A stretch of 40,844 bases of DNA from positions 1-40,844 of IMG/VR virus record IMGVR_UViG_3300021399_000260. One strand, written 5' to 3'. Positions 1 through 10,200 of the stretch are shown here, one piece after another. Numbering within the stretch: the first letter of the stretch is position 1; each line of letters begins with the position of its first letter. The DNA is from a virus. A model generated the notes under the pieces. The model did not search any database. It saw nothing but the letters and a program-made list of their open reading frames with translations, and was not told the DNA's origin. The translations under genes and the position numbers were made by a program.

Positions 1-392
1 GGAGTAATTTGTCAATACCCTGTTGGTGGATAGGCTAGAACTTTTCCAAAATTTAATATTATATATTTTCCATATTTCTATTTCCGTTACAAATTATTTT
101 TTTTATGTTTCATCTACCGCAGTTGTATACAAGTTAATTGTCCAATATATTCTGGCTTAAATTCGACATTTTTATACAATTATGCGTCCAAGGTAATTTT
201 GCCAACGCTGGTGGCAAAATTGATAAATCCTTGTATTTTCATAGAATTTCTTCATTCTTGACAATTTCCTGCTTTACAAAAGAAGCTAAATCTTCAAATT
301 CTTTATCCGACATAAGTATTTAGCACGGTGCGATTGCGAAACAAGTATGTGAAATTTTATATCAATACTCTGACAACCTATTTTTTTATCCT

Positions 393-1206
393 TTACCTTT
401 CAATACCTTCTTGTCTTTGCTTATCTTCAATTTTTCTATTCTCTCTAACTCCATCCTTAACTTGCGAAATAGCATCTTTTTCTATTTTGCTATCTAAATT
501 ATCGACTTTATATTGTTTCATTTTTTCACTTTTATCTTCATAATCTTTTTGTAAAAAACCATATTTTTGATTTAATTCATCATATTTTCTTTCCTTATCC
601 TTATTGAATGGCAATAATTTTCTAAAAAATCTCATAACCTTACTATCTCTTACCCTTATCATCATTCTACTTTTTTCATAATCAGAATATTCTTGTGTTT
701 TTGTTATGTACGTTGTTCCTACATTCACACCATTATCAACATATTTCTGTATTTCTTCTCTACTTAATTGTATTAGTGTTTTAAGCGATTCATAAAACCT
801 GCCTGCTTTTTGATTAAGCTCAACTTCATTTTCTTTACATTCAATTCCTTTTTTCATTTTATAAAACATTTCACAACAATTATAATTATATGCAAAAAAG
901 GCTACTGATCTTAATTCTGCGTCATCATATACTGGACCGTCCATCTCCTTGATGTCTTGCACCAGAATATACTCTAATATTCTGCATATCTTGTATCTGA
1001 CCTAGCATACTTTTTATAAATGGCATAGAATTGTCATCAATAATTATTCCTAAATATGGCTCACTAGAAACACTCTCGTGCCCACCACATGATGCATATG
1101 TTTTCATGCCACTTTTTCTACAACTACATAATAAATCCAATAAATATTTATTTCCTTCTGACCATTTTTGAAAATCTTTGATTTCATCTTCTGTTAATTC
1201 AAACAT
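393..1206 (-). CDS. Conserved-looking hypothetical protein outside the prophage, readable only with one +1 frameshift at CGG (939-937)
   Basis: ORFs MFELTEDEIKDF...GARHQGDG and GPVYDDAELRSVAFFAYN... join exactly when C at 939 is skipped. Length 814 = 3x271+1. Confidence 0.75.
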
Positions 1207-1528
1207 ATAGTTCCTCCTATAATATGCTATTTGTATTAATTGTATCATAAGCAATAATAAATTTCTATAAAATTGTGGAAATCTATTTTTATTGATTTTA
1301 TTATGTTTTATACCATGTAATTATAATATTGACTATCTTCATATTAATTTCTAATGAATAACAATTTGCATTAGTTCTTTGTATCCATTGTTTTGGACTC
1401 ATTGTATAAGATGATGTTCCTATTTCATTTATTTTAATTTCACGATATTCCGTGAAATTAAAATTTTCATTGTTTAATTCTTCCCATAATCCAAATTTTT
1501 CAATTTTTCTTAATTGTATAAAATAAAC

Positions 1529-1560
1529 TAATAAATCCGTGTATTTACACGGATTTATTA
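1529..1560. terminator. Perfect 15-bp inverted repeat with a 2-nt loop, possible terminator left of the left att repeat
   Basis: taataaatccgtgta-tt-tacacggatttatta. Confidence 0.5.
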
Positions 1561-1578
1561 GTTCGACAAATTTTACTA

Positions 1579-1625
1579 TGGTGCCACCATGCAGAATCGA
1601 ACTGCAGACCTACTGGTTACGAATC
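1579..1625. repeat. att repeat, left end
   Basis: tggtgccaccatgcagaatcgaactgcagacctactggttacgaatc, identical to 40299-40345. Confidence 0.93.
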
Positions 1626-1684
1626 TATATTACTAATTTTCTGTAATCAGCTCTACAACCCAGATTTTCTTGTTAGAACATGTA

Positions 1685-1710
1685 TTTTGACACACCTATT
1701 TGACACACCT
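1685..1710. repeat. Putative integrase arm-type sites, left end
   Basis: ttttgacacacctatttgacacacct, nearly identical to the sequence at 40182-40205. Confidence 0.55.
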
Positions 1711-1776
1711 ATTCATAAAAAAAACATAGAAAAAAATATTCTACATCTTCTTTTGGGTATAGCAAAAACTAAACCA

Positions 1777-1815
1777 CAAATAACTATTTTTATTATACTA
1801 TAAAATAGTTATTTG
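1777..1815 (-). terminator. Hairpin terminator downstream of the endolysin gene
   Basis: caaataactatttt ... aaaatagttatttg, 14-bp stem with an A/T-rich flank. Confidence 0.6.
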
Positions 1816-2625
1816 TCAAATCCTTAATTTTTGATTTGGATATATTAAATTTGGATTTTTTATATTGTTATCTTTTACAAGCTTGTCTACTGTAGTTCCA
1901 AATCTTTTAGCTATAGCACTTAATGTATCTCCTGGTTTGACAACATATATTTTGTTGTCAGCTGTACTTTTAATCTTTAAGCTTTTCCCTGCATATATTA
2001 AATTAGGATCCTTAATATTATTCAACCTTACTAAATCATCTACAGTAGTACCAAACTTTTTAGCAATTGTATTTAAAGTATCACCTGATTGAATTGTATA
2101 TGATATACTAGCTTCGCTTGATACTGTTTGTGCAGGTTGTTTTGGTTTGTTATTACTTTCAACGTCAAATCTATTAAGATAGTTCGATTCTATTAAATTA
2201 ATAAGCTTGCTTGTATATGACGGATCAGTAGCATAACCATCTTCTCTAACATATTTACATGCAAGTTTATAATCTTTACACCCTCTTAAATTTGCATACC
2301 TATTATAATTGTTAAACAATGCGCTATGGTCAGCTATACTTTCTTGCCATGAAGGATATTTTCTAAACTTAGCTTGAACTTGTACCCATTTACCGTTTAC
2401 ACATTCGCTTGTAGGAAAAGTACATGATTGACCATTATAGCTTCCTTTTATACCAAATAAATTATTGTTAGGTTCTACTGCTAATGAGCTTCTTCCCCAA
2501 TTACTTTCCAATATTGCTTGTGCAATAGTAAGCGAAGCAAGTATCTTCGTTTTCTTCATATCTTCTCTCGCCATCGCTCCTATTTTATCTATAAATTCAC
2601 TTGTTGTCATAAGAAACACCTCCAA
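1816..2625 (-). CDS. Endolysin: glucosaminidase (FlgJ-like) domain plus two LysM domains
   Basis: [35 protein letters not shown]; two [18 protein letters not shown] / [18 protein letters not shown] LysM repeats. Confidence 0.9.
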   Translation of the reverse strand: MEVFLMTTSEFIDKIGAMAREDMKKTKILASLTIAQAILESNWGRSSLAVEPNNNLFGIKGSYNGQSCTFPTSECVNGKWVQVQAKFRKYPSWQESIADHSALFNNYNRYANLRGCKDYKLACKYVREDGYATDPSYTSKLINLIESNYLNRFDVESNNKPKQPAQTVSSEASISYTIQSGDTLNTIAKKFGTTVDDLVRLNNIKDPNLIYAGKSLKIKSTADNKIYVVKPGDTLSAIAKRFGTTVDKLVKDNNIKNPNLIYPNQKLRI

Positions 2626-2677
2626 ATAATCTAAAAATCTTCCAGTATTATTTCAATACCAGAAGATTTTTCTTATT

Positions 2678-2932
2678 TTATTCAACTATTTTCCAGTCTT
2701 CAGCCAACATATCAGCTTGGCTTGCCAACCAACCTAATTGCACACCAGATGTTCCTACAAATGCTATAGCATTATTTCCTATTGCTTCATGGTCTACATT
2801 TACCAATTCACCTGTTGCATTTATATATGAAATGTTTGTAGCTAATTCAATATATTGACTTTTTCCATTCCAACCGCTTCTCTGCATTTTTTTACCTTGT
2901 TTTAATAATTTTATTGCTTCTCCAAAATCCAT
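2678..2932 (-). CDS. DUF2829 family protein, Tad2-like anti-Thoeris candidate
   Basis: MDFGEAIKLLKQGKKMQRSGWNGKSQY...GWLASQADMLAEDWKIVE matches the family pattern (N-terminal EAIxLLKxGKxxxRxGWNGK, C-terminal WLASQxDMLAEDW). Confidence 0.8.
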   Translation of the reverse strand: MDFGEAIKLLKQGKKMQRSGWNGKSQYIELATNISYINATGELVNVDHEAIGNNAIAFVGTSGVQLGWLASQADMLAEDWKIVE

Positions 2933-3202
2933 TTAATTTTCCTCCTCAATTTTTATACATTTATTTTCAAACTTTTTATATGCATCAAAATATAACTCTT
3001 TTTTATCTCCGTTATATGTTAACTCATAATACATTCCATCAGGTAAATCTGTACTTAACAATGCTTTATGATTCTGTAATGACTTACAATACCAAACATC
3101 AAAAACTTCAAATTCTGGAATTTTATCTGTTTTGTCTATATGTTCTATTGCATATTCCTTTACTATTTCTTTGCATTTTTTTATAAATTCTTTACTTCCC
3201 AT
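2933..3202 (-). CDS. Hypothetical protein
   Basis: ORF in lysis cassette. Confidence 0.6.
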   Translation of the reverse strand: MGSKEFIKKCKEIVKEYAIEHIDKTDKIPEFEVFDVWYCKSLQNHKALLSTDLPDGMYYELTYNGDKKELYFDAYKKFENKCIKIEEEN

Positions 3203-3397
3203 TTATTTTTCCTCCTTGTCATTTTTTCTTGTAAAGTAGTATGTAATTATTGAAGCTGACATTATCATAAACTCTCCAACGTTTACTATTCCTTTAAACG
3301 TTAATACACAGGTTGTTATTACTACTACTAAACTCATTATTGATTTTAATTTAAACAAATTTGCTATATTCATTAAAAATTGTTCAAAAGGTTTCAT
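3203..3397 (-). CDS. Holin, probable start MKPFEQFLMNIANLFKLK...
   Basis: Two hydrophobic segments and a charged C-terminus. The GGGGG-preceded ATG at 3397 is a better start than the ORF-track start at 3484, whose extra N-terminus overlaps the upstream gene. Confidence 0.65.
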   Translation of the reverse strand: MKPFEQFLMNIANLFKLKSIMSLVVVITTCVLTFKGIVNVGEFMIMSASIITYYFTRKNDKEEK

Positions 3398-3401
3398 ATT
3401 A

Positions 3402-3696
3402 TCAACCCCCAATTTTGCCAATAATAAAACCCAGAATTGCTGTTGCAATTCCGAGTTATTATTGTCTTTTTTAAATCTTCCCAACTTTTTGCAGGCTTCT
3501 TTTCTATTTCTTCTAAACGTGAATCAATTTTATTCACGTCTTCTCTATTCTTTTTAGTTTCCATAGCAATTTCTTTTACTGCTATAGTTAGATTTTGTAT
3601 TGATTGTACTATACTTTCTAAGCTATCAATTCTATGGTGTGCAGATTTACAACTTTGTGAATTTTCTATTATCATTTGAATGTATTTGTCTTCCAT
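3402..3696 (-). CDS. XhlA/holin-accessory-like membrane protein, requires +1 shift at CGG (3453-3451)
   Basis: Coiled-coil ...KKPAKSWEDLKKTIIT then, after skipping C3453, GIATAILGFIIGKIGG* (C-terminal TM). Length 295 = 3x98+1. Confidence 0.75.
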
Positions 3697-3706
3697 TCTG
3701 CACCTC

Positions 3707-4900
3707 CTAATTTAATTCCCAACCAGCGTTATAAAAATCTTGTAAATTTGTAAAAACATCTGAATCTCCATATTGTATCGTTTGGATTTGGTCAGAACTA
3801 ATACCTAACCTAGAAATATGTTTATTAGACATATTACTATGAATACAAAAATATAATATATTATTTAAGCTTTCATCACTTAAATTGGTACATTGGCTAA
3901 ACATATCATCTGCAACAGTACAATTTGTAGCTTCAATTTCAGGAAAATATTTTAAATTGGTGCAACCATAGAACATTTGCTCCGTATTAGTTACACTTGA
4001 CATATCTATTGGAGCTATTTCAAGTAAATTCGTACATCTTTTAAATGTTTGTCTCATTGTAATTGTTGATGAAGTATCTACTCGAGGGAAAATTGTTATA
4101 TCAGTATTGTCTTCATAATATGCATCGAAATATGCATCTGGTTCTACATTTTCCATAATATCTGTTGCATTATTATACATATTATTTATAATAACAGGGC
4201 TACCTTCGAATCCTAAATCTTCCCAGTTTTGTGCTCCTTTATCTAATATATTAACCCAGCCATCGTCATAGTTAACAAATACTTTTTTTGCTTTTTTAAC
4301 TAGTACTTTAAAATATTGCTCACAACAAATATCTGAAACAGATACTATGTTGCATGGCAACACAACAGGATTGCTTTGAGAAGAGTTGTCTTTAACATAA
4401 TATTCTCCATTGTTAGAACTATACGATACAATAGGCTGTTCTCCTTGAAGACCAAATTTAATTGTCGAGTTTGTCCTTTCTAATAAATAAATTGAATTAT
4501 CGTCTCCATTAAAAATCATTGGATTAGATGGTATCATTGAATAATCAGTGTACTCATCTATAAAACTAATTTCATTGAATAGAGTACTATAAACTTCTTG
4601 CTTTTCTAAATAAGTCATATATTCAAATATATCCATATACTCATCTTCAACAACAACTACTTTCTCTCCTACTTCAGCTTGACCTTGTTGGCTATATTGC
4701 TCAAATTCTGTTTCAGTCATCATTTTTATATTTTCCAATGTACCTAATAATTTAATTCCATTAACATAAGCTGTCTTGTCTTTTACTATATCACTTGCTG
4801 TAGCAGTTGCATCACTTGTATCTGGCAAATTATGGACTGATGTTTTTATTGTGTTTAAATCCTGATTATTTTTTATTAATCTTTCTCTATTTGTTGGCAT
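3707..4900 (-). CDS. Fibre-like protein with BspA/DUF285-type repeats
   Basis: CTNLLEIAPIDMSSVTNTEQMFYGCTNLKYFPEIEATNCTVADDMFSQCTNL. Confidence 0.75.
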   Translation of the reverse strand: MPTNRERLIKNNQDLNTIKTSVHNLPDTSDATATASDIVKDKTAYVNGIKLLGTLENIKMMTETEFEQYSQQGQAEVGEKVVVVEDEYMDIFEYMTYLEKQEVYSTLFNEISFIDEYTDYSMIPSNPMIFNGDDNSIYLLERTNSTIKFGLQGEQPIVSYSSNNGEYYVKDNSSQSNPVVLPCNIVSVSDICCEQYFKVLVKKAKKVFVNYDDGWVNILDKGAQNWEDLGFEGSPVIINNMYNNATDIMENVEPDAYFDAYYEDNTDITIFPRVDTSSTITMRQTFKRCTNLLEIAPIDMSSVTNTEQMFYGCTNLKYFPEIEATNCTVADDMFSQCTNLSDESLNNILYFCIHSNMSNKHISRLGISSDQIQTIQYGDSDVFTNLQDFYNAGWELN

Positions 4901-4916
4901 TTTTTATTCCTCCTTT

Positions 4917-6239
4917 CTAATAACCTGTTGACCAGCCAGCTGCACTAGCAAGGCTCCAATTAGACAATGTTTGACAAATTTCTGCTTGTGCTTGTGATAA
5001 ACCAATACTTGCTAATGTTTTATTTGATGTAATTCTTGTTGCATTTATACACATTGCTAATATATTATTTAAACTTTCATTTGACAATAAATCACACCAA
5101 ACAACCATACTACGCATATTTGTTACTTTACCAGTATCTAACTGTGGTATTGTTGTTAATTTAGTACACATTGCAAACATACTCTCCATATTTTTTACAT
5201 TAGAAGTGTTTAATAATGGAACAGACACCAAATTAGTACACGAACTAAACATATTACTCATATCTGTTACGTTGCCAGTATCTAACTGTGGTATGGTTGT
5301 TATTTTAGTACACGAATTAAACATACTACTCATATTTGTTACATTAGAAGTATTCATTGAAGGAACTGATGTTAACTCAAAGCAATTAGCAAAACAACTT
5401 CGCATATTTTGCATATTTGACGTGTTTAGTTGTTGTGGCAATTCTGTAATTAACTTTCTTACGTCTAATGTATTTCCTGTTGGATTGGTTATTACTTTTG
5501 CGTTATAATCACTTGCTTGCACATTTACTGTCACATTTACATCACTCAATCCGTCATAACCTTGGTCTGGCGTTACTGTTGTTGTTCCGTTCTGGTTTAT
5601 TGTTATACTTTTACTTTGAAGATTTGGATTACCTGCAACTTTATTATTTACTTCTTGTTGTAACTGCGCTATAATTTGTTCTTGTGCTGTTATTTCAGCA
5701 GTTAAATCTTCTACTGCTTCAACTGTTACAGTTCCTAATCCATCGTAACCATTATCTGCTGAAATTATCTGTTGAGTTCCTGTTGGGGTTACGGTTTTAT
5801 TCTGTAAATTAATAGCACTTACATTAACTTGGCTTATTCCATCTTTATTAGCACTAGGTGTTATTGTTTGAGCTGATGTACTAGGTGTTACATCTTTTGT
5901 TTCCAAATCTATTGGCTGTACTGTAATTTCACTTATTAGCTTTCCACTTGTTGGTGTTACTGTTTGAGCTGATGTACTAGATTTAACAGTTTTAGTTTCT
6001 GTTCCCAATGTGCCTGTTATCTTTGCGTTTCCTGCATATGCTGTCTTTGGAGCTAAAATATCACTTGCTGTTGCTGTGGCATCTGATGTATCACTACCTG
6101 TTTGAATAGCACTAATTTTATTTGCATAACTCCTAAATGTATCGTTATCACTTACACTAACGCCTTTTTCTATTATGGCATTTTTTATAGCTGTTTTCGT
6201 TCCATTTAAGTATGTTAATTTATCATTTATTGTTCCCAT
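4917..6239 (-). CDS. Fibre-like protein with BspA/DUF285-type repeats and fibre repeat linkers
   Basis: DATASDILAPKTAYAGNAKITGTL; repeated TDMSNMFSSCTNLVSVPLLNTSNVKNMESMFAMC. Confidence 0.8.
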   Translation of the reverse strand: MGTINDKLTYLNGTKTAIKNAIIEKGVSVSDNDTFRSYANKISAIQTGSDTSDATATASDILAPKTAYAGNAKITGTLGTETKTVKSSTSAQTVTPTSGKLISEITVQPIDLETKDVTPSTSAQTITPSANKDGISQVNVSAINLQNKTVTPTGTQQIISADNGYDGLGTVTVEAVEDLTAEITAQEQIIAQLQQEVNNKVAGNPNLQSKSITINQNGTTTVTPDQGYDGLSDVNVTVNVQASDYNAKVITNPTGNTLDVRKLITELPQQLNTSNMQNMRSCFANCFELTSVPSMNTSNVTNMSSMFNSCTKITTIPQLDTGNVTDMSNMFSSCTNLVSVPLLNTSNVKNMESMFAMCTKLTTIPQLDTGKVTNMRSMVVWCDLLSNESLNNILAMCINATRITSNKTLASIGLSQAQAEICQTLSNWSLASAAGWSTGY

Positions 6240-6242
6240 AAA

Positions 6243-6655
6243 CTACACCACCTCTCCATTTATTCCGTCAACTACTAAGCCTATCGCCGAATTAACATTG
6301 TTTGTTATAGTAGTAGTAAAGTCAGAAACTTCTGTTGGTGTAAAATAATCTCTTCCTTTTACGGGAGTATAGCCATCTTGACCGGTCTTGACCATCTATT
6401 CCGTCGTTTCCAGAATCGCCTTTAAGACTTGCTATAAAATCTTCTTCTGTTCCCACATTTCCTAAATCTAACCAGATTTGGTATGCTGAATCACCATCGC
6501 TACCACTTTCACCTGGAATCCCCGGAATACCTTGTTCGCCCGGAATTCCTGGAATACCTTGAACTCCGCTGAATTCCTGGAATCCCTTGTTCTCCTCGTT
6601 CTCCTCTCTCTCCTCTTAATATTGGAATTACTACATTTTTTACTTCTATATCCAT
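6243..6655 (-). CDS. Collagen-like (G-X-Y) fibre/virion protein, requires two +1 shifts at CGG (6568-6566, 6384-6382)
   Basis: RBS AGGAGG then ATG; MDIEVKNVVIPILRGERGERGEQGIPGIQ[G]VQGIPGIPGEQGIPGIPGESGSDGDSAYQIWLDLGNVGTEEDFIASLKGDSGNDGIDGQD[G]QDGYTPVKGRDYFTPTEVSDF... Length 413 = 3x137+2. Confidence 0.85.
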
Positions 6656-6666
6656 AATAAACCTCC

Positions 6667-7038
6667 TTATTCATTAGAATTATGTGTATATTCTTTTGTT
6701 AAACTCATTGTTCCAATTATTTGTGTTGATACATAATCGCCTATTTTAACTTCAACGTCATATCCATATGAGCCATATTTCAAAGAGTTAGTATCGTTTG
6801 GATTAATAGTTGCATAATAGTAACCATCATGTTCTTCATCTCTTAATATTCCACCTGTACTGAATTTCTTTTGAAATATAATATCTGCTGTATTTTCATT
6901 GCGTTTAACAGTTAAGTATATTTCAGCATCACCAACGTTGAAATTTAAAGGATTTTTATTTGCATCTACTAACTGAAAACCAAATACAAACGTATCTCCT
7001 CTAGGAAATTCAAAGTCCACTTCTTTTGGATCAACCAT
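6667..7038 (-). CDS. Small virion/baseplate-upper-like protein
   Basis: MVDPKEVDFEFPRGDTFVFGFQLVDANKNPLNF... resembles phage BppU-like N-terminal domains. Confidence 0.5.
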   Translation of the reverse strand: MVDPKEVDFEFPRGDTFVFGFQLVDANKNPLNFNVGDAEIYLTVKRNENTADIIFQKKFSTGGILRDEEHDGYYYATINPNDTNSLKYGSYGYDVEVKIGDYVSTQIIGTMSLTKEYTHNSNE

Positions 7039-7041
7039 TTT

Positions 7042-7200
7042 CTACACCCCCTTATCATTCAAATAATCTACAAGATAATCTAAGAAGTCATATATATTTG
7101 CATTTTCTAAATCATATTTTCTTATTACATCATCAACATTTTTAGGCTTAGTAATATCTGCTTTATTAACTTTTTTATTTCTTTTAATTTTGTCTATCAT
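7042..7200 (-). CDS. Small hypothetical protein
   Basis: MIDKIKRNKKVNKADITKPKNVDDVIRKYDLENANIYDFLDYLVDYLNDKGV*, stop just before the next start. Confidence 0.55.
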   Translation of the reverse strand: MIDKIKRNKKVNKADITKPKNVDDVIRKYDLENANIYDFLDYLVDYLNDKGV

Positions 7201-7226
7201 ATAAACCTCCATAATAAAAGGAAGGG

Positions 7227-10200
7227 CTAATATGTAACCCTTCCGTCTTTATATACTGTAAATCCTTGTAGCTTTTTATATATTTCTAGCTTTTCTGCTT
7301 TTGTAATGTTTAAATCTTTGACGTAATTAGCAAGTGTTGCTCTTTCTGAATCTGTTAATTTATATTGTGTTCCTAACAATAGCATTCTTTGCTTTCCTGT
7401 TATTTTCATATTATTAACATAATTATAAACTTTTGCTTTTTTACTTCCGCTAATTGTTTTACCATCTTCAGTTCCATCATCTTTCTTATCTGAAGTAAAC
7501 TCTTGCAATTTGTAGTTTAAATACTCATTCATATCTATACCAGTACTTTTCATAACATCATTATATAAAGAATCATCAGAACCTAATGTATTTTCATATA
7601 TGATTGCTTTTGCTGTCTTAGTATAATTTGAATCAGCTAATACTTGCATTTTTCTTTTATTTGCTTTCTCGCCTTCAATGTTAGCTGTTTTAGCCATATA
7701 GCTGAAATAACTTGCTTCGCTTTCATCATTCTTATATAACTGTTGAACTGTTTTATATAACTTAGATTCTTCATTACTTATGTTATTATCTTTAGCATAT
7801 TCATTTTTGCAGTATTCTTTAACATATGTATATACCTTTTCTACTGCTTTTTGTTTTTCTTCATTACTTAATTTCTTATATTCATTTGATTTAATTAATT
7901 TATTAAGTAAATTGAATGATTTTGATCCATATGTTTGTCTGTATTTAGAATATTCTTCGGATGTCATTCTATACTTTTGACCAGAGAAAGTTAAATCTTT
8001 ACTAAAACTACTGTCAGGTATTACAGCATTATTTCCATCTATATCATATAATCTTAATAATTCTTCATCTACATTATTAGTTGATACTTTCTTTCTTGCC
8101 CATGGGAATATTGCGTTTTCTACAGCTCTTATTGCTACATTATCAGATTGTTCCATTTCATTTCCCCATATATCTGTTTTTGTTGGTAGCATTTGTCTTA
8201 ATCCTGGTATTTTAGCCATAATTTGATTTTTAGTTGTATCTACTGCTTTTGGCAATACACCTGATTTTGTTGACGTTGTGCTTCTTTCATATTTATCTGC
8301 TGTCTTTGCTATCTGTCCTAATGCTGTTGGAAAGAATTGATTTACATATGATTGAACTGCATTTGTACCCATTGAGGCTATCATTTGTGAACTTCCTTGC
8401 TCATAACTCTTTAATGCCGATGTTAAACCACTAAGCATAGACATCTCCATCATAGGATTCATAGAATTAGTAAACGCATCTAACACGTTTGTTGCTGACT
8501 TAACAATTCTATTATAGTTAGTATCTTCATCAGATGAAGTAGATGTTTTCTTTTCATTGTCACTTTGAGTTAATTCGTGAATCTCTGCTCCTATAAATAA
8601 TGGAATTGCTGTTGGAGCCAACCAATCAAGCGAATATGTATTATCTCCAATTTTAATTGAATATGTCTGTTTTCCTTGATTTTGCTCATATTTTTCTTTG
8701 TCATCATCACCGCCAGAAGCTTTGATAATTCCCATAGATGCTAGTGCATATCCTATTAATGCTATTCCTGTTCCTGTAACACCTTTAGAAATATTGTCTA
8801 TATATTGATTAATATTGATATTTCCTTTTCGTAATTGCACTGTGTCATATACCATAGATTTTGCTAATCCCACAGGGCTATATTCAACACCTGCTTTTGC
8901 TATATTCATTGGTGTTTTCTTGAATGGTAAAATTGCATCTACTGTATATTTAGCGAATTTGTTTTTATTAGATAATTGATTAATTAATGTTGCTAGTTGA
9001 CAATCTTGATGGAATGTAGCTTCTTTTGCTTGTTGTACCGCATAATTTCTAGCCTTAGCAAGTTGTGCATCTGTTATAGTTCCTGGTTTAAGTTTATTAG
9101 CTGTCATATATTCTGCTAATGCTTTTTTATATCCAGCCTTTAATCCCCAACCATCTTCAGCTTCAAGTGCATAATCATTGAATGCAAATGCTTTTCCTAT
9201 TGTATTTTCTAACGCTTTATGTTTGAATGTTCTCATATTACTTTCTATTCTTGATTTAGGATTATATTTATTTTCTGTTAAGCCTAGTCTATCAGTAACA
9301 TTCTTTATATCAGCTTTAGCGAATTGCTTTACTTCTTTACTTGCAGGAACTATTGTATGTGTTCTTTCCATATCTTTATTAAATATGCTTACAACCCCTT
9401 CAGCAACACCTGCCACTTTATTTTTAGCACTTTGCACTTTTCCCATTGCTAAGTTTCCACCAATATTTCTAATGTGTGTTCTAGGATTCGCTAGCATTGA
9501 GAAATATCTCCATGCATCTATTTTTTGTATAGTTGTTTTTGTAACTTGTTGTCCTAATTCCTTATATACTTCATCAAGATTATTATATAATTCCTCAGTG
9601 CTTTCAGAATTTACAATCTTGTTAATCATTTCATCTGTTAAATGTAACTGCTCAGCTTTAGCACCTCTTGATTTCTTTAAGTCATTATTCATCTTTTCAA
9701 CTGATCTTTGTAGCCATACAGCTTGTCCTTCTGGTGTTTGATGGTTTAATAAACTCATAGCTTGTACCGTTTGACCTGCTGTAGTTCCTGCCATTGCTGT
9801 TGCTTGAATTGCATCTCTTAATTTAGTTGCATCTCCAGTTTTTGAATAGTACTGAATTAATCTTTCTCCAACTGCTATATCTACTGAAGTTATCTTATCT
9901 CCTACTGTTGACCTTGCCATTAAAGAGTTTAATTCACTTTCAGGTCCAGCGTTGCTTATTCTTTCATCTGCTTTTTCAAGTTGATTCTTGTTTGTTTCTG
10001 GGATATATGTATCTAAGCCCATCAATTCTTTTGATATTGCTCTTGCTTCATCTGTTGTGTATTGGCTTTCTATAATAGATTTATAGTGTTTTCTTACCTT
10101 TGTTGTAGAATCTTTATATTGATTGTTTGCACTTATGCTAGGTGGTAAATTAATGTCTTTATTCTGATTTACGTTTTTCCCTTGTGGTAAATTTGTGCTG

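Noticed and set aside
1-392. Possible further frameshifted or decayed gene at the left edge (fragments MSDKEFEDLASFVKQEIVKNEEIL, NVEFKPEYIGQLTCIQLR-stop with a terminal CGG)
   Set aside because: Several frames are broken without a clear single fix, with no recognisable family and the window edge nearby. Could be a degraded gene and not used as support.
6468-6674. 68-aa ORF MNKEVYYGYRSKKCSN...
   Set aside because: Out-of-frame shadow of the collagen-like gene. The real start is ATG at 6655 following AGGAGG.
9178-9741. Long plus-strand ORFs antisense to the giant gene and other late genes (e.g. 187 aa, 140 aa, 133 aa)
   Set aside because: They overlap well-supported minus-strand coding sequence, lack RBS and have low-complexity L/S/F-rich composition typical of antisense shadows.
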